Shown here in pieces: positions 19,505-29,554 of a DNA stretch of 64,000 nt (position 1 is its first letter; every line of letters starts with the position of its first letter). This DNA is from Candidatus Latescibacterota bacterium. GTDB lineage: Bacteria; Latescibacterota; UBA2968; UBA8231. The notes under the pieces are model-generated. The model did no database searches. It saw only the letters and a list, made by a program, of their open reading frames with translations, and was not told the origin of the DNA. The stretch is taken from positions 1,600,001-1,664,000 of the forward strand of contig OZ242214.1 in NCBI GenBank assembly GCA_965206595.1, given 5' to 3'. The translations under genes were made by a program, and so were the position numbers.

Positions 19505-20473
19505 ATGAAAGCGGTGCGTTTTCACCAGACAGGCGGTGCGGAGGTCCTGCGATACGAAGAGGTGGCCGATCCTGCTCCCGGGCAGGGGGAGGCCCTGATC
19601 GAGATCGAAGCGGCCGGGCTGAACTACATCGACACCTATCACCGCGAAGGTCTCTATCCCGTAGCTCTGCCTTGCACTCCCGGGATGGAAGGAGCCGGCG
19701 TGGTGCGGGAAGTCGGTTCCGGTGTGGAGAGTGTTTCGCCCGGAGACCGCGTCGCCTATGCCGGGGTCATGGGCTCGTACGCGCAGCTCGCCTGCGTCGA
19801 CGCAGAACAATTGGTGCCGATCCCGGACGGGGTGGACATCGAGACTGGAGCCGCGGCCCTGCTTCAGGGCATGACCGCTCACTACCTCGCCCACGGGAGC
19901 TACCCCCTGTCTGCGGGAAAGGTCGCCGTCGTGCACGCCGCTGCCGGGGGCGTCGGCCTGCTGCTGGTACAGATGGCAAAGCGCGCCGGGGCTCGCGTCA
20001 TCGGCACGGTGTCGACGGAGGAGAAGGAGCAGCTAGCGCGCGAGGCGGGTGCCGACGACGTCATCCGCTACACCGAGGTGGAGTATGGAGAAGCAGTGCG
20101 CGAGCTGAGCGCGGGCGAAGGGGTGGACGTCATCTACGATTCGGTGGGCAGGACGACCTTCCGGAAGGGGCTCGAGCTGCTGCGTCCCCGCGGCTACATG
20201 GTCCTCTACGGGCAGTCGAGCGGTCCGGTGGAGCCCTTCGACCCCCAGCTCCTGAGCGCCGGGGGCAGCCTGTTCCTGACGCGGCCGACGATGACCCACT
20301 ATATCCTGACCCGAGACGAGCTTCTGCAGCGCGCAGGGGATGTCCTGAACTGGATAAAAAGCGGCGAGCTCACCCTGCGCATAGGGGCCCGCTATCCGCT
20401 CGCCGAAGCCGCGGACGCCCATCGCGCTCTTCAGGGCAGGCTCACGACGGGCAAGGTACTCCTTCTCACCTGA
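19505..20473 (+). CDS. qor: NADPH:quinone oxidoreductase (zeta-crystallin type)
   Basis: GLNYIDTYHREGLY, PGMEGAG, LLQGMTAHYL, HAAAGGVG, YDSVG, GSLFLTRP, TTGKVLL. Confidence 0.92.
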   Translation: MKAVRFHQTGGAEVLRYEEVADPAPGQGEALIEIEAAGLNYIDTYHREGLYPVALPCTPGMEGAGVVREVGSGVESVSPGDRVAYAGVMGSYAQLACVDAEQLVPIPDGVDIETGAAALLQGMTAHYLAHGSYPLSAGKVAVVHAAAGGVGLLLVQMAKRAGARVIGTVSTEEKEQLAREAGADDVIRYTEVEYGEAVRELSAGEGVDVIYDSVGRTTFRKGLELLRPRGYMVLYGQSSGPVEPFDPQLLSAGGSLFLTRPTMTHYILTRDELLQRAGDVLNWIKSGELTLRIGARYPLAEAADAHRALQGRLTTGKVLLLT

Positions 20474-20522
20474 TCCCCACCGTTGTCCCCTCGGCCGACT
20501 CCGCAAGGGAGGAAGCGTCCAG

Positions 20523-21935
20523 ATGAATCAGCCTTCAACAGTAGAACCGGAACGGGAAGGCCAGGCCCCCGCTCCGGCCCAGCTGGCGGGAGAACCAGAA
20601 GAGAGCGCCCCGGAAGCCACCGCCAAGGTCGAGAGTGCCGTGTCGGCAGACCGGTCTGCGGGAGAGTCCACGCCGCCCGAGGAGATACCGCCTCCCGAGG
20701 GGATGAACCAGGGAAACGCCGAGAGCGGCCCTGTCGAAGAGGCGGAAGGCGGCTCGGAATCCGCGGATTTCGCCGCCATGCTCGATGCCTCTCCCGATAT
20801 AGGCAGCACGCAGGAACTGGTCCCTGGTGAGAAAATCAGCGGCGTGCTTTCACAGGTGAAAGGGGAAAACGCTTTCGTCGACTTCGGAGGCCGCAGCGAA
20901 GGGGTCATCCAGGCGAGCGAGCTGATGAACGACGAGGGAGAGATGGTTTTCGGCAGCGGCGATCCGCTCGAGGCCTACGTCGTCAGCACGGACGAGGAGA
21001 TCGTCCTGTCCCGATTTCTGAGCAAGGATCAGCGGCAGGCGGACATGCTCTACCGAGCCTTCAAGTCGGGAATGCCGGTCGAGGGAAAAGTAACCGCGGT
21101 GAACAAATGGGGCCTCGGTGTCGAAATTCAGGGGACCCGCGCCTTCTGTCCCCAATCCCAGATCGACACACGTCCCGTAAAGAGCACCGAGGAGTACCGC
21201 GGGCAGACGCTGCAGTTCCGGATCTTGCGCTACCGCGACCACGGACGCAACATCGTGCTGTCGCGCCGCGCCCTGCTGCAGGCGGATGTCGACAAGGCGG
21301 CCGCCGAGGTCCGGCAGCAGGTCCTAAAGGGGGCCCGGCTGCAGGGAAAGGTGACCCGCTTGGAGTCCTTCGGGGCGTTTGTAGATCTCGGCTGCGGGGT
21401 CGAGGGCCTGGTTCACGTCTCGGAGATGCGTCACGAGCGCGTCGAGCACCCCCGGGAGGTCGTCGAGGAGGGTGCGGAGATCACCGTCTGCGTCATCAGG
21501 ACCAAGAATCTGGGAGACCCCAAGAATGAGCGTATCTCGCTGTCGATCAAAGCGCTGGAGGAGGATCCCTGGGGTCAGGTGCGCAAGCAGTTCGAGAAGG
21601 GTGAAGTCGTGCAGGGCACGGTTGACGCCGTCGAGGACTACGGCGCCTTTGTCGAACTCGCGCCCAATGTGCGCGGCATGGTCCACGTTTCTGAACTCGC
21701 CGAGCGCCGCGTCAACCACCCTCGCGATGTAGTCTCCATCGGCGACAGCGTCAAGGTCGCCGTTCTCGAGGTCGATTCCCGCCGCCGCCGGCTGCGCCTT
21801 TCCATGAAGCAGGCGGAGAAAGTGGAGGCGGACAGCAATCTCGAGGAGTTCCGCAAGCGTCAGGCCGAGGAAGTCGACAACGAGGTGGCGGGCAATGCGC
21901 TCGCAGACGCCCTGAGGCGGGCAGGCCTCGGCTGA
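20523..21935 (+). CDS. rpsA: 30S ribosomal protein S1-like protein (four S1 domains, acidic N-terminal extension)
   Basis: FVDFGGRSEG, AFCPQSQI, FGAFVDLGCGVEGLVHVSEM, YGAFVELAPNVRGMVHVSEL. Confidence 0.8.
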   Translation: MNQPSTVEPEREGQAPAPAQLAGEPEESAPEATAKVESAVSADRSAGESTPPEEIPPPEGMNQGNAESGPVEEAEGGSESADFAAMLDASPDIGSTQELVPGEKISGVLSQVKGENAFVDFGGRSEGVIQASELMNDEGEMVFGSGDPLEAYVVSTDEEIVLSRFLSKDQRQADMLYRAFKSGMPVEGKVTAVNKWGLGVEIQGTRAFCPQSQIDTRPVKSTEEYRGQTLQFRILRYRDHGRNIVLSRRALLQADVDKAAAEVRQQVLKGARLQGKVTRLESFGAFVDLGCGVEGLVHVSEMRHERVEHPREVVEEGAEITVCVIRTKNLGDPKNERISLSIKALEEDPWGQVRKQFEKGEVVQGTVDAVEDYGAFVELAPNVRGMVHVSELAERRVNHPRDVVSIGDSVKVAVLEVDSRRRRLRLSMKQAEKVEADSNLEEFRKRQAEEVDNEVAGNALADALRRAGLG

Positions 21936-21951
21936 AGCCTGCTACCAGCCA

Positions 21952-23226
21952 GTGTCCGCACCGCCAATAGCCGGCAGCATTCTCGATTCCCTGATCGGCC
22001 CCGGCAGCCGGGATGGGTACTACGGCGAGTTCGGGGGCGCCTTCGTCCCCGAAATTCTGCGCACCACTCTCGACGAACTCACCGATGCCTTCTACCAGGC
22101 CGCGGAGGATGCCTCCTTCTGGGAGGACTTCCACCGGGTTATGAGTACCTACTCCTGCCGGCCGACCCCGATCACCCGTCTCGATAACCTCTCTGCCGAA
22201 CTCGACGGTGCCTCTCTCTACCTCAAGCGGGAAGACCTCAACCAGACCGGCGCTCACAAGATCAACAACGTCATGGGGCAGGGACTCCTCGTCCGCCGCA
22301 TGGGAAAGAAGCGGGTGATCGCCGAGACTGGAGCCGGACAGCACGGAGTCGCCACCGCCACCATGGCGGCGCGCTTCGGGCTGCGGTGCACCGTCTACAT
22401 GGGAGCGGAGGATGTCGAGCGCCAGCGTCCCAATGTCTTCTGGATGGAGCAGCTCGGGGCCGAGGTCATCTCCGTCGAGGACGGCACCGCCACCCTCAAG
22501 GACGCGATCAACGAGTGCTTCCGCGACTGGGCTTTCTCGATGGAGGACACCCACTACGTGCTCGGCACGGCCTGCGGGCCGCACCCGTTTCCGGCCATGG
22601 TCGCCCGCTTCGTGCACGTCATCGGACGCGAGTCGCGCCAGCAGATGCTGGAGGAGTGCGGCCGTCTGCCCGATCGCGTGTACGCCTGCGTCGGCGGAGG
22701 CTCGAACGCCATCGGCATGTTCCTCGGTTTTGTCGACGATCCCGAGGTCGAGCTAGTAGGCGTCGAGGCGGGAGGGCTGGGGCTCGAATCCGGGCACCAC
22801 GCCTCCCGCCTTGCCGGGCACCATGGCTCGGCAGGCGTCGCCCAGGGGTACAAGACCTATTTCCTTCAGAACGAAGAGGGGCAGATGCTCGACACGCACT
22901 CGGTGTCGGCCGGCCTCGACTACATCGGGGTAAGTCCCATCCTCGCCCACCTGCACCAATCGGGACGCGTGCGTTTCGAAGCGGCAACGGACGAGGAGGT
23001 GATCGCCGGATTGCGCAGGCTGATGCGCAGCGAGGGGATCGTCGGCGCGCTCGAGAGCATGCATGCCGTCGCCGCAGCCCTGCGCGAGGCGGCCGAGTTG
23101 CGGGGCGACCGGATCCTCCTGATCAATCTCTCAGGCCGCGGCGACAAGGACATCTTCACGATCGGCGACGCTCTCGAGGATGAGAAGTGGAAGGGATTCC
23201 TCAAGGACAAGGCGTCGAGGCTGTGA
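21952..23226 (+). CDS. trpB: Tryptophan synthase beta chain
   Basis: YLKREDLNQTGAHKINN, IAETGAGQHGVATA, CVGGGSNAIG, SAGLDY, NLSGRGDKD. Confidence 0.97.
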   Translation: MSAPPIAGSILDSLIGPGSRDGYYGEFGGAFVPEILRTTLDELTDAFYQAAEDASFWEDFHRVMSTYSCRPTPITRLDNLSAELDGASLYLKREDLNQTGAHKINNVMGQGLLVRRMGKKRVIAETGAGQHGVATATMAARFGLRCTVYMGAEDVERQRPNVFWMEQLGAEVISVEDGTATLKDAINECFRDWAFSMEDTHYVLGTACGPHPFPAMVARFVHVIGRESRQQMLEECGRLPDRVYACVGGGSNAIGMFLGFVDDPEVELVGVEAGGLGLESGHHASRLAGHHGSAGVAQGYKTYFLQNEEGQMLDTHSVSAGLDYIGVSPILAHLHQSGRVRFEAATDEEVIAGLRRLMRSEGIVGALESMHAVAAALREAAELRGDRILLINLSGRGDKDIFTIGDALEDEKWKGFLKDKASRL

Positions 23227-23319
23227 ATCCCGGCGGGCTGGCGGCGTTGCGCTCTCTCTCCGGGTTCCTCCAATCCGCCTCGGTAATGTCCCCAGGTCGG
23301 ATGCATCCCGCCCGACCAG

Positions 23320-24129
23320 ATGGAAACTGATTTGCGCCAGGAAAAACTAGAGGATCACGTACGCGCCGAGCTGGTTCGCGACGACCGCGCCATCCTGTTG
23401 ATGGCCCACCTGATCGTCGGCTTCCCGTCACTCGAAGCGAACTGGCGCATGCTCGAGATCATGCAGGACGTGGAGGTCGACCTCGTCGAGCTGCAGATGC
23501 CGTTCAGCGAGCCGGTCGCCGACGGTCCGACCTTCGTGCGCGCCAACCAGCTCGCCCTCGAGGCCGGCCTCTCGGTGGACGAGTACTTTAATTTCATGTC
23601 CCGGGCGACGGCGAGTTTCTCCTTTCCCCACCTGATGATGGGGTACTACAACACTGCGTACAAGCTCGGCCATCAGCACTTCTGCGAGCGTCTGTACGCC
23701 GCGTCCGCGGCCGGTTTCATTCTCCCCGACCTTCCCATTGAAGAGTTCGGGGACCTCTTCGACCTCAGCCGCGACAACGGTCTGAGCCCCATTCTGCTGA
23801 TGACCCCCACCAACAGGGAGCATCGCCTTGCCGCGATCGGCGAGCTTGCCAGCGGTTTCGTCTACGCCGTGGCGCGCAAGGGGGTGACGGGGAAACGGAC
23901 CGAGTTGGAACAGGGCCTGTACCGGTTCGTCGATCGCTGCCGGGCGGCGACCCGGCTGCCGCTGGCCGTCGGCTTCGGCCTGCGCCAGCGGGAGGACGTC
24001 GAACTCCTGCACGACCGCGTCGAGATCGCCATTGTGGGGTCCGTCCTGCTCGATGCGTGGGAAAGCGGTGGCGAGGATGGGTACCGCGCTCTGCTGAAGG
24101 AGCTCGCCGGAGGCAGGGCCCCCGCCTGA
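23320..24129 (+). CDS. trpA: Tryptophan synthase alpha chain
   Basis: ELQMPFSEPVADGP, MGYYN, LPDLP, GVTG, VGFG, AIVGS; follows trpB. Confidence 0.95.
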   Translation: METDLRQEKLEDHVRAELVRDDRAILLMAHLIVGFPSLEANWRMLEIMQDVEVDLVELQMPFSEPVADGPTFVRANQLALEAGLSVDEYFNFMSRATASFSFPHLMMGYYNTAYKLGHQHFCERLYAASAAGFILPDLPIEEFGDLFDLSRDNGLSPILLMTPTNREHRLAAIGELASGFVYAVARKGVTGKRTELEQGLYRFVDRCRAATRLPLAVGFGLRQREDVELLHDRVEIAIVGSVLLDAWESGGEDGYRALLKELAGGRAPA

Positions 24130-24209
24130 AAGGCGGCACGTCCGAAGCCGAGCCCTCCTGCAGCAAGTCGTTCACCAAGGGACGGCGGCGGCAGTCCCTG
24201 CAGTATCAA

Positions 24210-24950
24210 TCAATCCATGAAGAGCCCGCCGTTGACATCCACGGTTTCACCGGTGATGTGGCGGGCGTCGTCCGAAGCGAGGAACAGGGCGCAGGCAGCG
24301 ACATCCTCGGGCTGCCCCTTTTCTCCAAGCGGAATGGTGCTTGCGAGGTCGGCGTGGTCGGGGGAGAGGCCGCGCGTCATCGGGGTGTCGATGACTCCCG
24401 GTGCCAGGGCATTGACGCGGATGCCGTGGGGCGCGGCGTAGCGCGCCAGGGTGATGGTCAAGGTGAAGATCGCCCCCTTGGCCGCGGCGTAGGGAGCGCT
24501 GGCCGCGAGCCCCCCGTTCTTGGCGGCGAGCGAGCTCATGCTGAGGATCACCCCCTGGCGGCGCGGCATCATCAGCTTCAGCGCCGCCTGCGAGCAGAAG
24601 AACATCCCCTTCAGGTTGATGTCGATCTGCTTGTCCCACTCTTCTTCCGAGCAGTCGTGGACCTTGGTGTGTACCAGGTATCCGGCGTTGTTGACGAGGA
24701 TGTCGAGGTGGCCGAACTCCGCGGCGACGCGATCGACTCCCTGACGCACTTCCCTGGTCGAGGAAACGTCCATCCGGATCGGCAAGCCGGGAATCGGCAG
24801 GTCGGCGCTGGTCGCCTCCGCGGTATCCGCGTCGATATCGGCGACCGCCACGCGGACGCCTTCCCCGGCGAAGCGCCGGCATATCGCTTCGCCGATGCCG
24901 CGCCCGCCACCGGTCACGAGTGCTGTTTTGCCTTCGAGTTTTCCTGGCAT
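24210..24950 (-). CDS. Short-chain dehydrogenase/reductase (FabG-like)
   Basis: TGGGRGIG, NNAG, YAAAK, VNALAPG, ITGETVDVNGG. Confidence 0.92.
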   Translation of the reverse strand: MPGKLEGKTALVTGGGRGIGEAICRRFAGEGVRVAVADIDADTAEATSADLPIPGLPIRMDVSSTREVRQGVDRVAAEFGHLDILVNNAGYLVHTKVHDCSEEEWDKQIDINLKGMFFCSQAALKLMMPRRQGVILSMSSLAAKNGGLAASAPYAAAKGAIFTLTITLARYAAPHGIRVNALAPGVIDTPMTRGLSPDHADLASTIPLGEKGQPEDVAACALFLASDDARHITGETVDVNGGLFMD

Positions 24951-25329
24951 CCGCCATGCTCCTTCTTGGGTAGTGTGAGTCTACGGATCGCCTTTTTTCC
25001 CAGCAAGCGCCTCTGCGCCGCCCGGTCGATAAGCTAGCGCTGCAGGCAAGGCCGGGTGCTGGGGTGCCTGACAAGGCGCGCGGCCGGGTCGAATCGCAGG
25101 GGATCGGGCATGGAGCACAACCCCCCGTATTCGGAACGCTTCTCCGAGCGTTTTCACGAACCCGGAGGTCCGCAACCGCAAGAACCGGGCCCAGCCCGGA
25201 TGGCCTTTTTCACCGGGCTGCCAGGGATCGCGGCGGCGGCGGGCATAGTGACACAGCTGTTACGGGCTCTCCCTACTTTTCGGTGAGTCTCCGTCGAACC
25301 CAGTCCATACCGAGGAGGATCAGGAGCCC

Positions 25330-26738
25330 ATGTCACAATCCACGCCGGAACTGAAGCCGCGAAAAGAGAGACTGGAGCCGGGAAGCCTGCGGGAACAGCG
25401 GCAGATCCTGGCCGACACCTGCGGGGAGCTGCTGCGGGCGGGGGACGAAGGGACCCTGCGGCTCGTGCTCAACAGCCACCACGCCGCCGACCTCGCCGAC
25501 CTGGTGCGGCGCCTCGGGAAAGAGATCCGCCCCCGAATCTTCGGCCTGCTAGGGGCCGGCCTCGCGGCGCAGACCCTGGCCGCCGCCGACGCGGCCACGG
25601 CGCGCGCCGCGGCCTCCGAGCTGCAGGAGGGGAAACTGGCGGCCATCGTGTCGCGGATGGCGCCCGACGCCGCCGCCGACCTGCTGGCGGAGCTGCCTCC
25701 GGATCTCTGCGGCCGGATGCTCGAGCAGATGGAATCCGGGCAGGCCGCCGAGATCGAAGAGCTTCTCGCCCACGCCGAGGAGTCGGGTGGTGGCATCATG
25801 ACTTCGCGACTGATCGCCGTCCGCGATTCCATCACCGTCTCCGAATCCGTTCACTACCTGCGCGAATGGGCCGGGGACGAGGAGATCCTGTCGCTGTTTG
25901 TCGTCGACGATGACGGCCGCCTGACCGGCACTCTGTCCCTGCGGCGCCTGCTTCTGGCCGAGCCGGAGACCGTCATCGAGGATCTCGTCGAGCCGGATCC
26001 GATATCGGTGCAGGTCGATGTCGATAAGGAAGAGATCGCCCGCATCTTCGCCGAGTACGATCTGCTCGCAGTGCCGGTGGTCGAGGAGGGGGGGGGGAGC
26101 TCGTCGGGCAAGTCACCGTCGACGACATCGTCGACGTGATCCGAGACGAGGCGACGGAGGACATCTACGAGATGGCGGCGATGAGCTCGGAGGAGGTCGG
26201 CGAGCGCTCGACCTTCGCGGTCATGCGGCGGCGGCTGCCCTGGCTTCTGCTGTGCCTCGCGGGCACCCTGGCCTGCGGGGCGGTGATCGATCGCTTCGAG
26301 GATCTCCTGTCCCGCCTCGGGGCGCTGATCCTGTTCGTGCCGGCGATCATGGCGATGGGGGGGAACTCGGGGATTCAGACATCCACCGTCACCGTGCGCA
26401 GCCTGGCGACAGAGGACTTCCCGCAGCGGAACCTCCTGCATGTGGTGTGGCGGGAGCTGCGCACTGCCCTCGGCATGGGGCTGGTCCTCGGGCTGCTGGT
26501 GGGAGGGGTGGCCGGGATGTGGACGGAGGCCGGGGTCGTCGCCGCCTGCGTGGGCATTGCCATGGCCGCGGCGATCATCCTGTCAGCGCTGCTGGGTGCG
26601 GTGGTGCCGCTGTTTTTTCGGGCTCTCGGAATCGATCCCGCGATTTCGTCCGGGCCGCTGATCACCACCCTCAACGATGTCCTGTCGCTGGCGATCTACT
26701 TCGCCATCGCCGCGGCGGTTCTGCCGATCTGGAACTGA
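25330..26738 (+). CDS. mgtE: Magnesium transporter MgtE, frameshifted as assembled at a G10 run (26088-26097)
   Basis: N-domain (HHAADLAD, MAPDAAADLL) and CBS pair (GGIMT, YDLLAVPVV). After the shift it reads LVGQVTVDDIVDVIRDEATEDI, RRRLPWL, AMGGNSGIQT, DPAISSGPLITTLND. Confidence 0.93.
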
Positions 26739-26959
26739 TGCCAGGCACGGCTGCGGGAACCGATCGTCCCATCATGGATCCAATTCCACCCCCCTCCATG
26801 AATCGCCGTTCGAGGTCCGGGCAATGGGCAAGTGGACTGCCGAGCTGGCTGCCCGGCCCGGGGAATGGGCCCAACCCCGTTTGCGGCCAAGGCGGGATGG
26901 GATGAATTTCTTCCTGTGATCGCCAGAGCTTTCCAGGTAGCACTATCACGGGGTGATTT

Positions 26960-28222
26960 GTGAACAGGGTCGTCAGCATCGTCCTGGGCGGGGGCCGCGG
27001 AACACGCCTGTTTCCCCTCACCAGGTTCCGCTCGAAGCCGGCCGTGCCGATCGGCAGCAAGTACCGCCTGATCGATATTCCGATCAGCAACTGCCTGCAT
27101 TCGGGTGTCGAGCGCATCTTCGTCCTCACCCAGTTCAACTCCGCCTCCCTCCACCGCCACATCAGCGCCACCTATCGCTTTGACAGCTTTTCCGACGGAT
27201 TCGTCGAAATACTGGCCGCCGAGCAGACGATGGAGAACACCAACTGGTACCAGGGCAACGCGGACGCGGTGCGCAGGCAGATCCACCGCATCATGTCGCG
27301 CAACGCAACCGAGTGCCTGATTCTCTCGGGCGACCATCTCTACCGTATGGACTACCGCGCCTTCGTCGAGGAGCACAGACAGCGGCAGGCCGACGTGACC
27401 ATCGCCGTCAAACCGGTTCCCCGCCACGCGGCCCCGGAGCTTGGAATTCTCCAGGTGGACGGGGATGGACGCGTCGTCGATTTCGTGGAGAAACCGAAGT
27501 CGGAGGCGGCCCTCGACGATCTGAGACTCCCGGAGCGCGGCGCGCAAGGGGAAGAGATGTACCTCGCCTCGATGGGCGTGTACGTGTTCGAATGCCCGGT
27601 CCTGACCAGCATGTTGATAGCCAACGACGAGGATGACTTCGGCAGGGACATCATTCCCGACGCCATCGACAAAGTCGCCGTGTTCGCCCACAGGTTCGAC
27701 GGCTACTGGCAGGACATCGGCAGCATCCGCGCCTTCTACGATGCCAACATGATGTTGACGGACCGCGAGCCGGCCTTCGAGTTCTACAAGCCCGACGCGC
27801 CGATCTACACCCACCAGCGCTACCTGGCCGGCTCCCGGATCGAGAATTGCCGCATTGACCGCAGCATCGTCGCCGAGGGCTGCCGGATCAGCGAGGCGGA
27901 AATCGAGCGCTCCGTCATCGGCGTCAGGAGCACTATCGCCCGGGGCGCGCGTTTGTACAACACCATTCTGATGGGGGCCGACTATTACGAGTCGCCGCAG
28001 GATCACGAGCGGCGCCTGTCGCGCCGGCTGCCGGCGGTTGGCATCGGCGCCGGCACGGTCATTCACCGCGCCATCGTCGACAAGAACGCCCGCATCGGGG
28101 AAAAGGTGATCATCGCCAACGAGAGCAACGTCGAACGCGCCGACGGGGAAGGGTATTACATTCGCGACGGTATCGTCGTGGTGCCGAAGGATGCCGTCGT
28201 CGCCGACGGAACCCGCGTCTAA
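26960..28222 (+). CDS. glgC: Glucose-1-phosphate adenylyltransferase
   Basis: LGGGRGTRLFPLT, KPAVPIG, TQFNSASL, ILSGDHLYRMDY, FVEKP, ASMGVY, DFGRDIIP, IVDKNARIG. Confidence 0.96.
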   Translation: MNRVVSIVLGGGRGTRLFPLTRFRSKPAVPIGSKYRLIDIPISNCLHSGVERIFVLTQFNSASLHRHISATYRFDSFSDGFVEILAAEQTMENTNWYQGNADAVRRQIHRIMSRNATECLILSGDHLYRMDYRAFVEEHRQRQADVTIAVKPVPRHAAPELGILQVDGDGRVVDFVEKPKSEAALDDLRLPERGAQGEEMYLASMGVYVFECPVLTSMLIANDEDDFGRDIIPDAIDKVAVFAHRFDGYWQDIGSIRAFYDANMMLTDREPAFEFYKPDAPIYTHQRYLAGSRIENCRIDRSIVAEGCRISEAEIERSVIGVRSTIARGARLYNTILMGADYYESPQDHERRLSRRLPAVGIGAGTVIHRAIVDKNARIGEKVIIANESNVERADGEGYYIRDGIVVVPKDAVVADGTRV

Positions 28223-28368
28223 TGCCCGTGCGCAGGTAGGCGTACGAAAGCGAGCGAGGACCAACTGCGTCCTTCCGCCGAGTCGCCCCGCTCGCAAGGT
28301 TCTGAGCCCGTCGTCTTGAACAGGTCGGCCAACCGAGGCAACGCCCTCCGCCGGTCAGGACACCGGAG

Positions 28369-29493
28369 TCAGATGTCGTTGACGGAGCCGTCCGCGGGGT
28401 CCCGCCGCGCCGGGCGCAGCCGCCATTCCCGCAGCCTGTGCCGCTCCAACCCCGCAGGGTCGATCTCGATCCCGAGCCCGGGTCCCTGCGGCAGCTCGAC
28501 GTACCCCTGGTCGAAAACCAGAGGGGTCTCGAAAAGCCCATCCCCGGTACCGCCGCCGAACTCGTGGATCAGCAGGTTGGGTATCGCCGCCGCGGCCTGG
28601 ATGGAGGCCGCGACTCCGACGGCGTCGGCAGCCGAGTGGGGTGCGATGGCGATGTAGTGGACCTCGGCGTAGGCGGCGATCTTCCTCATTTCCAGGATGC
28701 CGCCGCAGTGGCGGATGTCCGGCTGCAGCACCGCGGCCGCCTTCTTCTCACAGATCTCGCGAAAGCCCCACCGCGTCGTGTTGCGCTCCCCGGTAGCTAT
28801 CGGGACGGTCGTGGAGCGCGCGATCTCCAGCAGGGCGTCGACGTTCTCGGGATGCGCCGGCTCCTCGACGAACATCGGGGAGAACGGCTCGAGTTCGCGC
28901 AGCAGGAGCCGGGCCATCGCCGGGCTCACGGCGCGGTGGAAGTCGACGGCTACGTCGACTTCACTCCCGACCGCCTCGCGCACCGCGGCGACGCGGCTGA
29001 CCACCGCGGCGATCGCCGCCGGGGTGTCGATGTAGCGTACGGGGTCGGGAAAGGGAGTCAGCTTGACCGCGGTAAACCCCTCGCGAACCGCCTTCCTGGC
29101 GCTGGACGCGAACTCCTCCGGGGTGGTGCCGGCCGCCGCGGCGTAGACCCTGACGCGGTCGCGGCAGCTGCCCCCGAGCAGCCTCCAGACCGGGGTGTCG
29201 AGCGATTTCCCCAGGATGTCTAGGCAGGCCATCTCGATGCCGCTGAGGGCGGCGAGCAGGATCGGCATCTGGCGGCTGTAGCTGGAGCGGAACAGCGCCT
29301 GCCAGTGATCCTCCACCTGGCGCGGATCCCTGCCGATCAGGTAATCCCCCATGTCGTGGACGGCGCGGGCGACCGTGCGCCCGTGCTCGTAGTTCATCGG
29401 CGAGCCCAGTCCCACCAGGCCCTCGTCGGTCCGCATCTCGAGCAGCAGGCCGCGGTGCTCGATCGGGGTCACGTCCAGCCGGGTGATCTTCAC
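28369..29493 (-). CDS. Galactonate dehydratase (DgoD)-like enolase-superfamily sugar-acid dehydratase
   Basis: GIEMACLDILGK, GFTAVK, AVDFH, FVEEP, IATGER, LQPD, IAPH, PGLGIEID; GTG start at VKITRL. Confidence 0.85.
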   Translation of the reverse strand: MKITRLDVTPIEHRGLLLEMRTDEGLVGLGSPMNYEHGRTVARAVHDMGDYLIGRDPRQVEDHWQALFRSSYSRQMPILLAALSGIEMACLDILGKSLDTPVWRLLGGSCRDRVRVYAAAAGTTPEEFASSARKAVREGFTAVKLTPFPDPVRYIDTPAAIAAVVSRVAAVREAVGSEVDVAVDFHRAVSPAMARLLLRELEPFSPMFVEEPAHPENVDALLEIARSTTVPIATGERNTTRWGFREICEKKAAAVLQPDIRHCGGILEMRKIAAYAEVHYIAIAPHSAADAVGVAASIQAAAAIPNLLIHEFGGGTGDGLFETPLVFDQGYVELPQGPGLGIEIDPAGLERHRLREWRLRPARRDPADGSVNDI

Positions 29494-29554
29494 AGTTCGG
29501 GTCGAGGAAGGGGGCCCCGGAATCCGGTATTCCGAGAGCAGGCAACAGGCAGAC

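Noticed and set aside
23227-23319. trp attenuator or leader between trpB and trpA
   Set aside because: No Trp-codon leader or terminator structure seen, and the position is inside the operon.
26136-26738. Separate membrane-only MgtE gene
   Set aside because: It is continuous with 25330-26139 once the G-run is corrected.
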